From NCBI GenBank assembly GCA_004297735.1, contig SCTI01000002.1:192160-256159 (forward strand): 64,000 nt of DNA, read 5' to 3'. This stretch comes from Patescibacteria group bacterium. Lineage in GTDB: Bacteria > Patescibacteriota > Saccharimonadia > UBA4664 > SCTI01. This document shows, one piece after another, positions 1 to 7,847 of the stretch (position 1 is the first letter of the stretch; each line of letters starts with the position of its first letter). Position numbers and translations under genes: made by a program. Under the pieces are notes generated by a model that worked only from the letters and a program-made list of their open reading frames with translations, was not told the DNA's origin and made no database searches.

Positions 1-477
1 TCAACCGGCACGCTGTACGGCATTTTAAAGGGTGAAATAAAGCAGCCCATCACCATTGGAGTTGGCAACTACCATCCTGGGATCGAGGGCTTGCGCCAAA
101 GTTATGATGAGGCGCTATCGGCCATCGAGTTGGGCTCTCAAAACTGGGATGACAACCGAGTATACCACATTGATGACTTTGGAGTGGTCGCGCCACTGCT
201 TTCGGGAGTGGATGAGTCAAACAGCTACTTTAGCCGCGAGCTACTCGACAAGCTCAGCACCCACGAGCATGTGAACGAGACTTTAGAAAGCTTTTTTAGT
301 AACAACATGGCCCTTACTCAAACCGCCAACGAGCTTGGTATTCACCGTAACACCCTGGTCTACCGTCTCGAACGCATTACCGAGGCACTCGACTTGGATC
401 CGCGGGTGTTCGAAGACGCCGTTCAGATTAAGCTGGCCATGTTGTTTGCTAGATTTGTGGAGCAGAATCAAAAATGA
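1..477 (+). CDS. CdaR/PucR-family transcriptional regulator, 5'-truncated by the window edge
   Basis: Frame 1 is open from base 1 (STGTLYGILKGEIKQPITIGVG...). C-terminal PucR HTH: LTQTANELGIHRNTLVYRLERI. Confidence 0.85.
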   Translation, partial: STGTLYGILKGEIKQPITIGVGNYHPGIEGLRQSYDEALSAIELGSQNWDDNRVYHIDDFGVVAPLLSGVDESNSYFSRELLDKLSTHEHVNETLESFFSNNMALTQTANELGIHRNTLVYRLERITEALDLDPRVFEDAVQIKLAMLFARFVEQNQK

Positions 478-1676
478 AGCTAACTCCCAAAATCAGCAAC
501 GAGATTGTGAGCCGGGCCCAGTTGGTTTTGGGTCGACGGATTTTGGTTACCGACCAGCAGGGCCGCTTAATGGCGGGAAACACCGCCGGTTTGCCAGTTA
601 AGGGCGCCATTCTTGATGGACTAAGGGCCTGTCAGGAGGGCAAGGTGATCCGCGGCAGCGTTGGCGAAACCAGCGTGTCTTGGTGCCCTTTTGTGTACGA
701 GCAGCAGACCATCGGTGCCTTTGGCGTGATCGAAGAGGACGTGCAGGTTACCCCGGAGGCACTTAGCTTACTGCAGGGACTCACCGAGGTGGTAACCCAT
801 CAGCACTTTTTGTTAGAAAGAGTGCAGCCGTCTGGCGGCGTGCAGGCCAAGTTCTTGCGCGAGCTGCTCACTTCAACCCAAATCGACACCAATGAGCGCT
901 ATCGTCAAGCCGATATCCTGCAGCTTAATATTCGCGCTCCTCAAGCTGTAATGCTGGTGCGAGTTGGGGGCCTTGAGCCTACTAGTAAAAATGGCGACTC
1001 AAATCAAACCGACGAGCTAACCCCTAACGGCCAGATTGCCGAGATTATCACCACCATCCAGGCTCTGTTTGACGATGAGCCAGATAATGTAGTGGCCTAT
1101 TTGGGCGATGAGGTTTTTGTGGTGCTAAAGGGTATTGGCGGCAGTGGCCTCAACACCCGCAACACCACCCGCTTTTTAAAGGATAAGGGCGCCTACCTGC
1201 ATCGTAGCCTGGCGCAAAAGTTACCCAGCAATCGCGTTACCATTGGGGTTGGTCAGTACTACCCCGACCTAGGAGGACTGCGCAAAAGCTATCAGGAGTC
1301 AAAGTTGGCTCTAAGCGTAGGATCGCGAGTTTGGGGCGAAGGCCAGCTGTATCACATCCGCCAGGTTGGCATGTTTGTCACCTTGGCTAATACCGCCTAC
1401 GAGCACAAGGCTGAGTTGGCGCATCAAATCCTCCACCCACTCTTACGCGACGAGCAGCTTTATAAAACGGTGCGGTTGTTTTTAGAAAACGGTTTGAACC
1501 TCACCAACGCGGCCCAAAAGCTGCATGTTCACCGCAATACTTTAATCTACCGACTCGATAAAGTAAGCCGCTTAATTGGCCTTGACCCGCGCAAGTTTGA
1601 GGATGCCCTGCAAATCAAACTTGGCTTAATGTTCTATCAAGATTCAGAGCTACCAGCCACCAATAGCTCTAATTAA
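474..1676 (+). CDS. CdaR-family transcriptional regulator (sugar-diacid-recognition-like N-terminus, degenerate GGDEF-like middle, PucR HTH)
   Basis: VTIGVG..GGLRKSYQES and NLTNAAQKLHVHRNTLIYRLDKV; ATGA overlap with the upstream paralog. Confidence 0.85.
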   Translation: MKLTPKISNEIVSRAQLVLGRRILVTDQQGRLMAGNTAGLPVKGAILDGLRACQEGKVIRGSVGETSVSWCPFVYEQQTIGAFGVIEEDVQVTPEALSLLQGLTEVVTHQHFLLERVQPSGGVQAKFLRELLTSTQIDTNERYRQADILQLNIRAPQAVMLVRVGGLEPTSKNGDSNQTDELTPNGQIAEIITTIQALFDDEPDNVVAYLGDEVFVVLKGIGGSGLNTRNTTRFLKDKGAYLHRSLAQKLPSNRVTIGVGQYYPDLGGLRKSYQESKLALSVGSRVWGEGQLYHIRQVGMFVTLANTAYEHKAELAHQILHPLLRDEQLYKTVRLFLENGLNLTNAAQKLHVHRNTLIYRLDKVSRLIGLDPRKFEDALQIKLGLMFYQDSELPATNSSN

Positions 1677-1853
1677 AGACCCGGGTACTGCCTTCTTACA
1701 AAAACCAACTGCCATACTTGCAATTTTTTGTAAAAGTTGTAATTTGACATTTTTGTTAATAAAAACTATCCTTATAGGCAGTTTGGGCGGTCTCACAAAG
1801 TGGATCGCTAAATTTATTGGGCTTTAACCCATATTAATGAGGAGAGTTTAAAT

Positions 1854-2066
1854 ATGAGTCGCTACTCCAACCTTGACTCTTACGCCTTGTTTTACGAAAA
1901 AATTGAGGGCGGTAACCCCCATACCGTTTCGAACACCAACACCGGCAACCGAGCCACGTCCGGCGTCCCTACCCTACCAAAAGAGCAGCTAGCTGAACTC
2001 AGCCGCGACATAAATCAACCAATTGTTGAGACCCCCGACACCAACCCACACACCTCGCAGCAATAG
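1854..2066 (+). CDS. small hypothetical protein (70 aa)
   Basis: Own promoter TTGACA-17-TATCCT (about 1744-1772), SD GAGGAG, and a terminator straight after the stop. Confidence 0.55.
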   Translation: MSRYSNLDSYALFYEKIEGGNPHTVSNTNTGNRATSGVPTLPKEQLAELSRDINQPIVETPDTNPHTSQQ

Positions 2067-2090
2067 CCGGCTGACTTAGCCGGTTTTATT
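2065..2090 (+). terminator. intrinsic terminator
   Basis: AGCCGGCT-gactt-AGCCGGTT followed by TTATT. Confidence 0.6.
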
Positions 2091-2095
2091 GTGGC

Positions 2096-2124
2096 TTGCT
2101 TGTTCGCCTTTTGTTCGGTATAAT
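2096..2124 (+). promoter_or_regulatory. sigma70 promoter with a LexA-type GTTC-N7-GTTC operator in the spacer
   Basis: TTGCTT-GTTCGCCTTTTGTTCGG-TATAAT (17-bp spacer); the same operator precedes recA. Confidence 0.8.
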
Positions 2125-2159
2125 AGATGTGGGGATACTTCTAAGCAGGAGGAGTTGTT

Positions 2160-2585
2160 ATGAAGCAGCAGCTTACAACATCAAGGCATAAGTTAAGAGT
2201 TTATCAGCTAAGTCGACAGCTAGAGGACGATATTCATGAGTTGATCAAACAACTCCCCGCTTCGGAGTTCTATGGCCTCGGAGATGAGCTGAGGCGTGGT
2301 AGCGCTACGGTCGCCCATTACATCAGCGAGGCCGATCAGCGCTACAGCTACAGCCTTAAAGTCGAAACCCTCAATCTAGCTCGAACCGCCATTCGCCAGG
2401 TCAGAGAGCTGCTAAGCCAGTACCAAAAAGAGTCCTTTGGGAGCACTGCCGAGATACGCAAGCAGTACCAGGCTCTTAGCCAGCAGCTATGGGCCCTGAT
2501 AGCCCACTACCGCCGCCGGCAGCAGGAGCGACAGAGCCGGGCTCGAATTAAGGCGGCCGACGCACTAGCTTTTGCCCGCAGCTAA
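2160..2585 (+). CDS. four-helix bundle protein (23S rRNA IVP / Avd-like fold)
   Basis: HKLRVYQLS...LPASEFYGLGDELRRGSATVAHYISEA signature; SD AGGAGG. Confidence 0.8.
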   Translation: MKQQLTTSRHKLRVYQLSRQLEDDIHELIKQLPASEFYGLGDELRRGSATVAHYISEADQRYSYSLKVETLNLARTAIRQVRELLSQYQKESFGSTAEIRKQYQALSQQLWALIAHYRRRQQERQSRARIKAADALAFARS

Positions 2586-2589
2586 AGCC

Positions 2590-3840
2590 ATGGGGATTGA
2601 GCGACTGCTATCCCAGCAGCCGGTGCACGGAAGGATTATCTATATCGACATGGACTCCTTTTTTGCCTCGGTTGAACAGCAAGTAAACCCGGATTTGCGG
2701 GGTAAGCCGGTCGCGATCTGCCCCTTTCTACATAATGCCACCTCGGTTATAGCCGCTTCGATCGAAGCTAAGCGACTTGGCGTCCGCACCGGTACACCGG
2801 TTCGAATGGCTAAGCAGCTATGCCCCGGTCTAGTCTTGCTCGCCGACACCCCCACTAGCTACCGCCAATTCCATAGCGCCATCATGGCCGAGCTAGCCGA
2901 AACCCGCTGCCAGGTAGAGGTGCGAAGCATCGATGAGGCCGCTCTAACCGTGCCGTATGACTTGGTACCAACTGCTCCTAAGGTTGCCCATGAGGTGCAA
3001 GAGCGCATATTTAAGGTTGGCAGCCAGCTAAGCTGCTCCGTCGGAATAGCCAGCAACCGCTTTTTAGCTAAAATGGCCACCAAGCTACACAAACCCGGAG
3101 GCATTGCCGAGCTAAGACCGGAAGACCTGCCAGTCTACTATGAGCTGCTAGAGCTAACCGATCTATACGGCATCTCCTGGCGGATGGAGCGACGGCTTAA
3201 CCGACTAGGGATTACCACCCCGCAAGGCTTCTACCAAGCCTCCCACCAGCTGCTAGAGCAGGCTTTCGGTATTGAGGGAACTCGCTGGTATCTACGACTG
3301 CGCGGCTATGAGGTTGATGGGCGCCAAACCAAGCGCGGTATGATTGGCCACCAAACCACCATAACCCCTGAACCGGCCACCGAATATGACCAGATAGCGC
3401 TAGTGGCCAGTCAGCTTTGCCATCGGGCCTCCTATCGCCTACGGCTAGCCGGACTAGCGGCGCGCTGTCTGTCGGTTGGTTTGCGCTATAGCGACCGTAG
3501 CAAGCAATATCGTCGCTACTACACCCACTATCCGTTCTGGGATGCAGACAGCTGCGTCAGGCACGCCAGCAAGCTCCTTAAAGACATACCCCTAGATCAA
3601 CCGGTGCGCCTGGTAGACGTAAGCTTATCCCGGCTCTCGCCTCAAGCCGATCTAACTCTGTCTCTATTCCCCGAAAAAACCCCGTTTAAGCAGATAAGCT
3701 CGGTGGTTGATCAAATCAATGGGCGCTGGGGGCGAGGCACCATTAAGCCGGCCCTGCATCTGGGTAGCCAGCAGGCTCGAGACCGAATTGGCTTTGGTAA
3801 CGCCCACCAGATGGCCTCAGAAAAGACCCTACAGACTTAA
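2590..3840 (+). CDS. dinB: Y-family DNA polymerase (DinB/Pol IV-like)
   Basis: IDMDSFFASVEQ, SIDEA, SVGIASNRFLAKMA..KPGG; C-terminal VDQINGRWG. ATG at 2590 lies 4 nt after the upstream stop. Confidence 0.9.
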   Translation: MGIERLLSQQPVHGRIIYIDMDSFFASVEQQVNPDLRGKPVAICPFLHNATSVIAASIEAKRLGVRTGTPVRMAKQLCPGLVLLADTPTSYRQFHSAIMAELAETRCQVEVRSIDEAALTVPYDLVPTAPKVAHEVQERIFKVGSQLSCSVGIASNRFLAKMATKLHKPGGIAELRPEDLPVYYELLELTDLYGISWRMERRLNRLGITTPQGFYQASHQLLEQAFGIEGTRWYLRLRGYEVDGRQTKRGMIGHQTTITPEPATEYDQIALVASQLCHRASYRLRLAGLAARCLSVGLRYSDRSKQYRRYYTHYPFWDADSCVRHASKLLKDIPLDQPVRLVDVSLSRLSPQADLTLSLFPEKTPFKQISSVVDQINGRWGRGTIKPALHLGSQQARDRIGFGNAHQMASEKTLQT

Positions 3841-3872
3841 GGGCCGAGTCCGTAATGGACCCGACCCCTTAA
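3838..3872 (-). terminator. hairpin between convergent dinB and the PRAI-like gene
   Basis: Minus strand GGGTCGGGTCC-attac-GGACTCGGCCC; the G-U pairs form only on the minus strand. Confidence 0.5.
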
Positions 3873-3882
3873 TAGCTCACGC

Positions 3883-4656
3883 TTACTGGTATTGCTTGAG
3901 CAAGCGTGAGCTTTCGGCCAGGAATTCGAAACAGCGCGCAATCGACAGGGTGTCTTGCTCATCACCAGAGCGTAGCCTCGACTGGGCGTCCCAGCATAGC
4001 TGCGGGTAGATATCGAGTAGCTCTTGAAGCCGATAGACCCGATCAGCATCCAGGCCACCAGTCACACCCCAGCCAAAATCGAGGCCCGAATCAACCTCGG
4101 CTTCAAGTACCGACACCGCTTCGACTAGGTCAAAAGAAATGCCCTCGCCCCCGCTCGGATCAAACAGCACGTAGTCAACAAGCCCCTCGTAAGGCTTAAG
4201 CCGTTGGATTAGGCGCGCAGGAGAGCCTCCTGCTTCACGATAAGCAAAGCGGCTTACCTGAAGAATCAGATTGGGTTGGGGGTAAACCTGCCTAAACTCA
4301 GTCAGCTGACCAGGCTCAGGCCAGCTAATGTTGAGCTGAATACCCTGAGCTCGAGGAATGAACTGCATTATCTGATTCAGCTGCTGGCAAAGCCGAGGAT
4401 CTCGGCTATTAAAGTGAACCACGTTGAAGAACCGATCGTCACTCACCATTAGATCTGCGACCTGGCTGATCTGGGGGTATTGGGCCGGATTGCTTGGTGG
4501 CTCACCTACAAGTGTCTTCCGACTAACCAGAGGTCCATTCATGAACCAAACCGATTCTGGCCACCTCACTAGGCGCAAAATCTCTTGCAGCTTATAAATT
4601 TCTTCAATGCTGGTTGTAGCTGCGATTCCAACGTACTGGTGTCTAGGCTCTGTCAT
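3883..4656 (-). CDS. phosphoribosylanthranilate isomerase (TrpF)-like TIM-barrel protein, function uncertain
   Basis: YVLFDPSGGEG, WGVTGGLDADRV, WDAQSRLR motifs; no other trp genes nearby. Confidence 0.6.
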   Translation of the reverse strand: MTEPRHQYVGIAATTSIEEIYKLQEILRLVRWPESVWFMNGPLVSRKTLVGEPPSNPAQYPQISQVADLMVSDDRFFNVVHFNSRDPRLCQQLNQIMQFIPRAQGIQLNISWPEPGQLTEFRQVYPQPNLILQVSRFAYREAGGSPARLIQRLKPYEGLVDYVLFDPSGGEGISFDLVEAVSVLEAEVDSGLDFGWGVTGGLDADRVYRLQELLDIYPQLCWDAQSRLRSGDEQDTLSIARCFEFLAESSRLLKQYQ

Positions 4657-4718
4657 GGTTCCTCCGGGTGTGATAACCGGACATATTCATGGTAACGAGT
4701 TGCGACAACAGATGATAG

Positions 4719-4730
4719 CCACAGATGTGG
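4719..4730. promoter_or_regulatory. putative NrdR box (second, weaker)
   Basis: CCACAGATGTGG palindrome resembling the NrdR-box core. Confidence 0.4.
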
Positions 4731-4813
4731 TCATGCCGCTCCCGCACCCAACAGGAGTGACGAGTACTTTTCCCCATGCTAAAAGAGTTTTCCACTTGTG
4801 ATTTTAATAGTCA

Positions 4814-4833
4814 CATGACAACATATTGTCATG
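4814..4833. promoter_or_regulatory. putative NrdR box
   Basis: CATGACAA-CATA-TTGTCATG; core ACAACATATTGT, next to nrdR. Confidence 0.6.
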
Positions 4834-4985
4834 GATTTGAAAAAAGTCTTTACAGCCTTAGCCCCCTCGCCTACAATACTTCTTGTGGTAAGGAAGCTCT
4901 CGGTTGAACTTAAGTTTAAGTTCGTACAGCCGAGAGCACTTTTTATTTGGTTTAACCTAATTAAAACCAAGATGGAGGCCTGAGA

Positions 4986-5429
4986 ATGAAGTGCCCCTAC
5001 TGTCGTGCCGAGACTACCGATGTTTATAACAGTCGCCCGACCAAATTTGGTACTCAGATTTGGCGACGTAGGCGATGCTTGAGCTGTCATGAGTCATTTA
5101 CTACTTATGAAGCAGCTGATTTAGGATTTATGAAGGTAATGAAAAAAAGTGGAAAGCGCGAGCGCTACTCTCGCGCCAAGCTGTTTAGTGGTATTTATGG
5201 GGCGTTTTTAGAGATTAGTGGTAAGCAAAATGTGGTTGATGCGGTAACCGATACGGTTGAGTCTCGCATTCTAGACACCAAGAAAGAAGAGATCCACACC
5301 GATCAAATTGCCCAGATAGTGCTTGCTACCCTAAAGCACTACAATATGGCCGCGTTTATGCGTTACCTGGCCAACCAGGCGGATGTGGTAAATGAAGCGC
5401 AGTTACGGCGGGAATTAAAGAAGTACTAA
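4986..5429 (+). CDS. nrdR: transcriptional repressor NrdR
   Basis: MKCPYC...RRRRCLSC..FTTYE zinc ribbon plus ATP-cone. Confidence 0.93.
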   Translation: MKCPYCRAETTDVYNSRPTKFGTQIWRRRRCLSCHESFTTYEAADLGFMKVMKKSGKRERYSRAKLFSGIYGAFLEISGKQNVVDAVTDTVESRILDTKKEEIHTDQIAQIVLATLKHYNMAAFMRYLANQADVVNEAQLRRELKKY

Positions 5430-5574
5430 TAATATCTACCCACCGGGTTTTGGGAGTGGGTAAAATCAATTTTTAACCTGAGCTTACGTGTGGGTTAGTT
5501 TTTTGAATTTGGTAAATTTTGCAAAATGTTAGCAAATTTTCCAATTATGCAAATTTCAAATATGTACCCAAAAA

Positions 5575-5601
5575 GTAAGACCGCTTTGGGGGCGGTCTTA
5601 C
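5575..5601 (-). terminator. intrinsic terminator of rplY
   Basis: GTAAGACCGC/GCGGTCTTAC 10-bp stem with a U-tract on the minus strand. Confidence 0.7.
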
Positions 5602-5628
5602 AGATAGATCAACGACATCTAAAACAAA

Positions 5629-6387
5629 TTAGCTGTTTTTAGCGCCCTCTCCTGGGGGTGTGCTTTCGGCGCCGCCAGCCTTACCTTCTGGCTCCTTGCG
5701 AGTTGGCTCGTCATCTTCGGTAACAACCTCTTCCTCGCCCTCTTCGACCGCGCCCTCAGGCATTTCGGCCTGCTCGTCAATCTCAGCATCCAGCTCCTCA
5801 AGCTCCTCGTCGCTACGAGGTGGCTCAACCTTAGCAACCAGCTCTTCGGGGGCGGTTAAAACCTCTACCCCAGCTGGGATCTTAAGGTCGGCCACGGTAA
5901 TACTCTTATCAAAATCATCTAACACCGAGATGTCATACTCAATTGATTCGGGCAAGTCACCTGGCAATGCCTCGACCTCAATCGATTCCAGTGGGCGGAC
6001 CAAACTACCCTCCTGCTGGTAGACCGCGGTTGACTCGCCGATCATATGCAGCGGAATCTCGGTCTTAATCTTTTCATCCATCTTAACTAGGTAAAAATCG
6101 GCGTGTAAGATTCGGCCGCTAGGGGCATCAATCTGTACATCATGGAACAAAGCGTTTTTTTGGCGAGCATCATCAATCTTAACTCCAATAATTTGGTTAC
6201 CACCGGCCCGAGCGTAGGCCCGTGACAGATCGCGAGTGTTAATGGTGATACTTTGAGTGTCGCTACCGTGGCCATAAATAACGGCTGGAGTTTGACCCTG
6301 TTGGCGCAACTGGTTAACAGATTTGCCGCGCTGCTCCCGGGTGGTAGCAGTTAGCACAATCTTATCGGTTGTAGCGGTCGAAGACAT
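5629..6387 (-). CDS. rplY: 50S ribosomal protein L25/Ctc
   Basis: LRQQGQTPAVIYG, ILHADFY, LPGDLPESI; acidic tail. Confidence 0.93.
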   Translation of the reverse strand: MSSTATTDKIVLTATTREQRGKSVNQLRQQGQTPAVIYGHGSDTQSITINTRDLSRAYARAGGNQIIGVKIDDARQKNALFHDVQIDAPSGRILHADFYLVKMDEKIKTEIPLHMIGESTAVYQQEGSLVRPLESIEVEALPGDLPESIEYDISVLDDFDKSITVADLKIPAGVEVLTAPEELVAKVEPPRSDEELEELDAEIDEQAEMPEGAVEEGEEEVVTEDDEPTRKEPEGKAGGAESTPPGEGAKNS

Positions 6388-6410
6388 AGAAAATTCCTAT
6401 TTAATAGTAA

Positions 6411-6740
6411 TTAAACCTGGGTGGAGCGAAAGCCGCCGCGACGCTTAGAGATTAGCCGATGAAACTCGGCGATTTCTTCAGCTCTAATCTCACCCATGGT
6501 GGCAAACTTGGCCTCCTCGGCTTGACGCAGATCGGTTTTAGACCGACCCCCGGCCTGACCAATTGGCACCGCCGTCAAAACCGGTAGTGAGCATTCGTGA
6601 CAGTTAAGCTGAACAAAACCGTAACGATTTAAATCTCCCAGGTAGTTAATGTCGTCCAAGTGGTAGCTGGTATCACAGGAGGGGCACTTGTAGAACTCTT
6701 GCAGGTACTTAATGACATCTTGTAAATGTTTACGACTCAT
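6411..6740 (-). CDS. hypothetical zinc-ribbon protein
   Basis: CPSC...CHEC pairs. Confidence 0.65.
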   Translation of the reverse strand: MSRKHLQDVIKYLQEFYKCPSCDTSYHLDDINYLGDLNRYGFVQLNCHECSLPVLTAVPIGQAGGRSKTDLRQAEEAKFATMGEIRAEEIAEFHRLISKRRGGFRSTQV

Positions 6741-6797
6741 GGGTAGACCCCCTCTTACACCCCCTATTATACCGCAATCAGGACGAACCTGACCATT

Positions 6798-7847
6798 TTA
6801 TTGCAACGGCTGGCGATGTCGTCCAATTCTAATCAGGCTAGCAATTAACACCACCACAACCACCAACAGCACCAGCAGAGCCACTAGTTTATGAAACCGT
6901 TCTGACATTAAGGCAATTACGCCAAATAGACCGGCCAACAGATACAGGGCGATAACCGCCAGGCGCTGCGACAACCCGGCTTGCAGCAGCAGGTGGTGCA
7001 GGTGCTCACGGTCGGCTGTAAAGGGATGGACCCCCTTACGAATTCGCCGAATAGCCGCCCACAGCGCATCAATAATGGTAAAACCAAGCACCAGCAAAAT
7101 GGTGGCTAGCTTGCCGCCGGAGTAAATGGCCAGCATGGCCAGCATCAACCCCAGAAAATAAGACCCTGAGTCCCCCATAAAAATTTTGGCGGGATAAAAG
7201 TTGAATGGCAGAAAGCCCAGCGTTGAACCGGCCAGCAAAAAGGCCAGTAGAGCGACCAGCGGCTGATCAACCTGTGGGGTCAGCGATAGAGCGGCAATCA
7301 CCAGGGCGGCGATACCGGACACTCCACTAGCCAAGCCATCGAGACCATCTAAGAAGTTGATGACGTTGACCATACCGACCATCCACAAAATACTCAACAG
7401 GTTGGCAACCGGTGTAATGTGAAACTGGAAGCCGATCAACTCAACCGCAAACCGACCGTAGGTTAGATCAATGGTTCCTCCGAGCGGGTTAGAGATGGCG
7501 GTAATACCAATGCCGCCGGCCAAGGCGATACAGGCTGCCAGCGTTTGCCAGCCCAATCTGGCCCAGGGGCTAAGACCCTTAACGTCATCGATCGCCCCCA
7601 CCACTGCTAAAACGGTGGCGGCTAATAAAAGCGCGCCAAGCTGTCGTCCAAAAGGCAAAAACAAGGTGGCCGTAATTAAAAAGGAGCCAAATATGGCCAA
7701 TCCACCCAGATACGGGATCGGCTTAACATGAATTTTACGATCACCCGGATAGGCCAGAATGCCGCGCTGCAGCGCAAACTGACGCACCAGCGGCGTAAGT
7801 GCCAGCGACAACAAAAAACTAGCAACAAAGGCTAAGAAGTAAATCAT
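6798..7847 (-). CDS. undecaprenyl-phosphate GlcNAc-1-phosphate transferase (WecA/TagO, MraY-like)
   Basis: GAIDD, NVINFLDGLDGLA, NFYPAKIFMGDSGS, DREHLHH. Confidence 0.9.
   Translation of the reverse strand: MIYFLAFVASFLLSLALTPLVRQFALQRGILAYPGDRKIHVKPIPYLGGLAIFGSFLITATLFLPFGRQLGALLLAATVLAVVGAIDDVKGLSPWARLGWQTLAACIALAGGIGITAISNPLGGTIDLTYGRFAVELIGFQFHITPVANLLSILWMVGMVNVINFLDGLDGLASGVSGIAALVIAALSLTPQVDQPLVALLAFLLAGSTLGFLPFNFYPAKIFMGDSGSYFLGLMLAMLAIYSGGKLATILLVLGFTIIDALWAAIRRIRKGVHPFTADREHLHHLLLQAGLSQRLAVIALYLLAGLFGVIALMSERFHKLVALLVLLVVVVVLIASLIRIGRHRQPLQ

Noticed and set aside
2160-3840. Diversity-generating retroelement suggested by the Avd-like gene
   Set aside because: No reverse transcriptase and no TR/VR pair differing at adenines was seen in the window; the partner gene is a Y-family polymerase.
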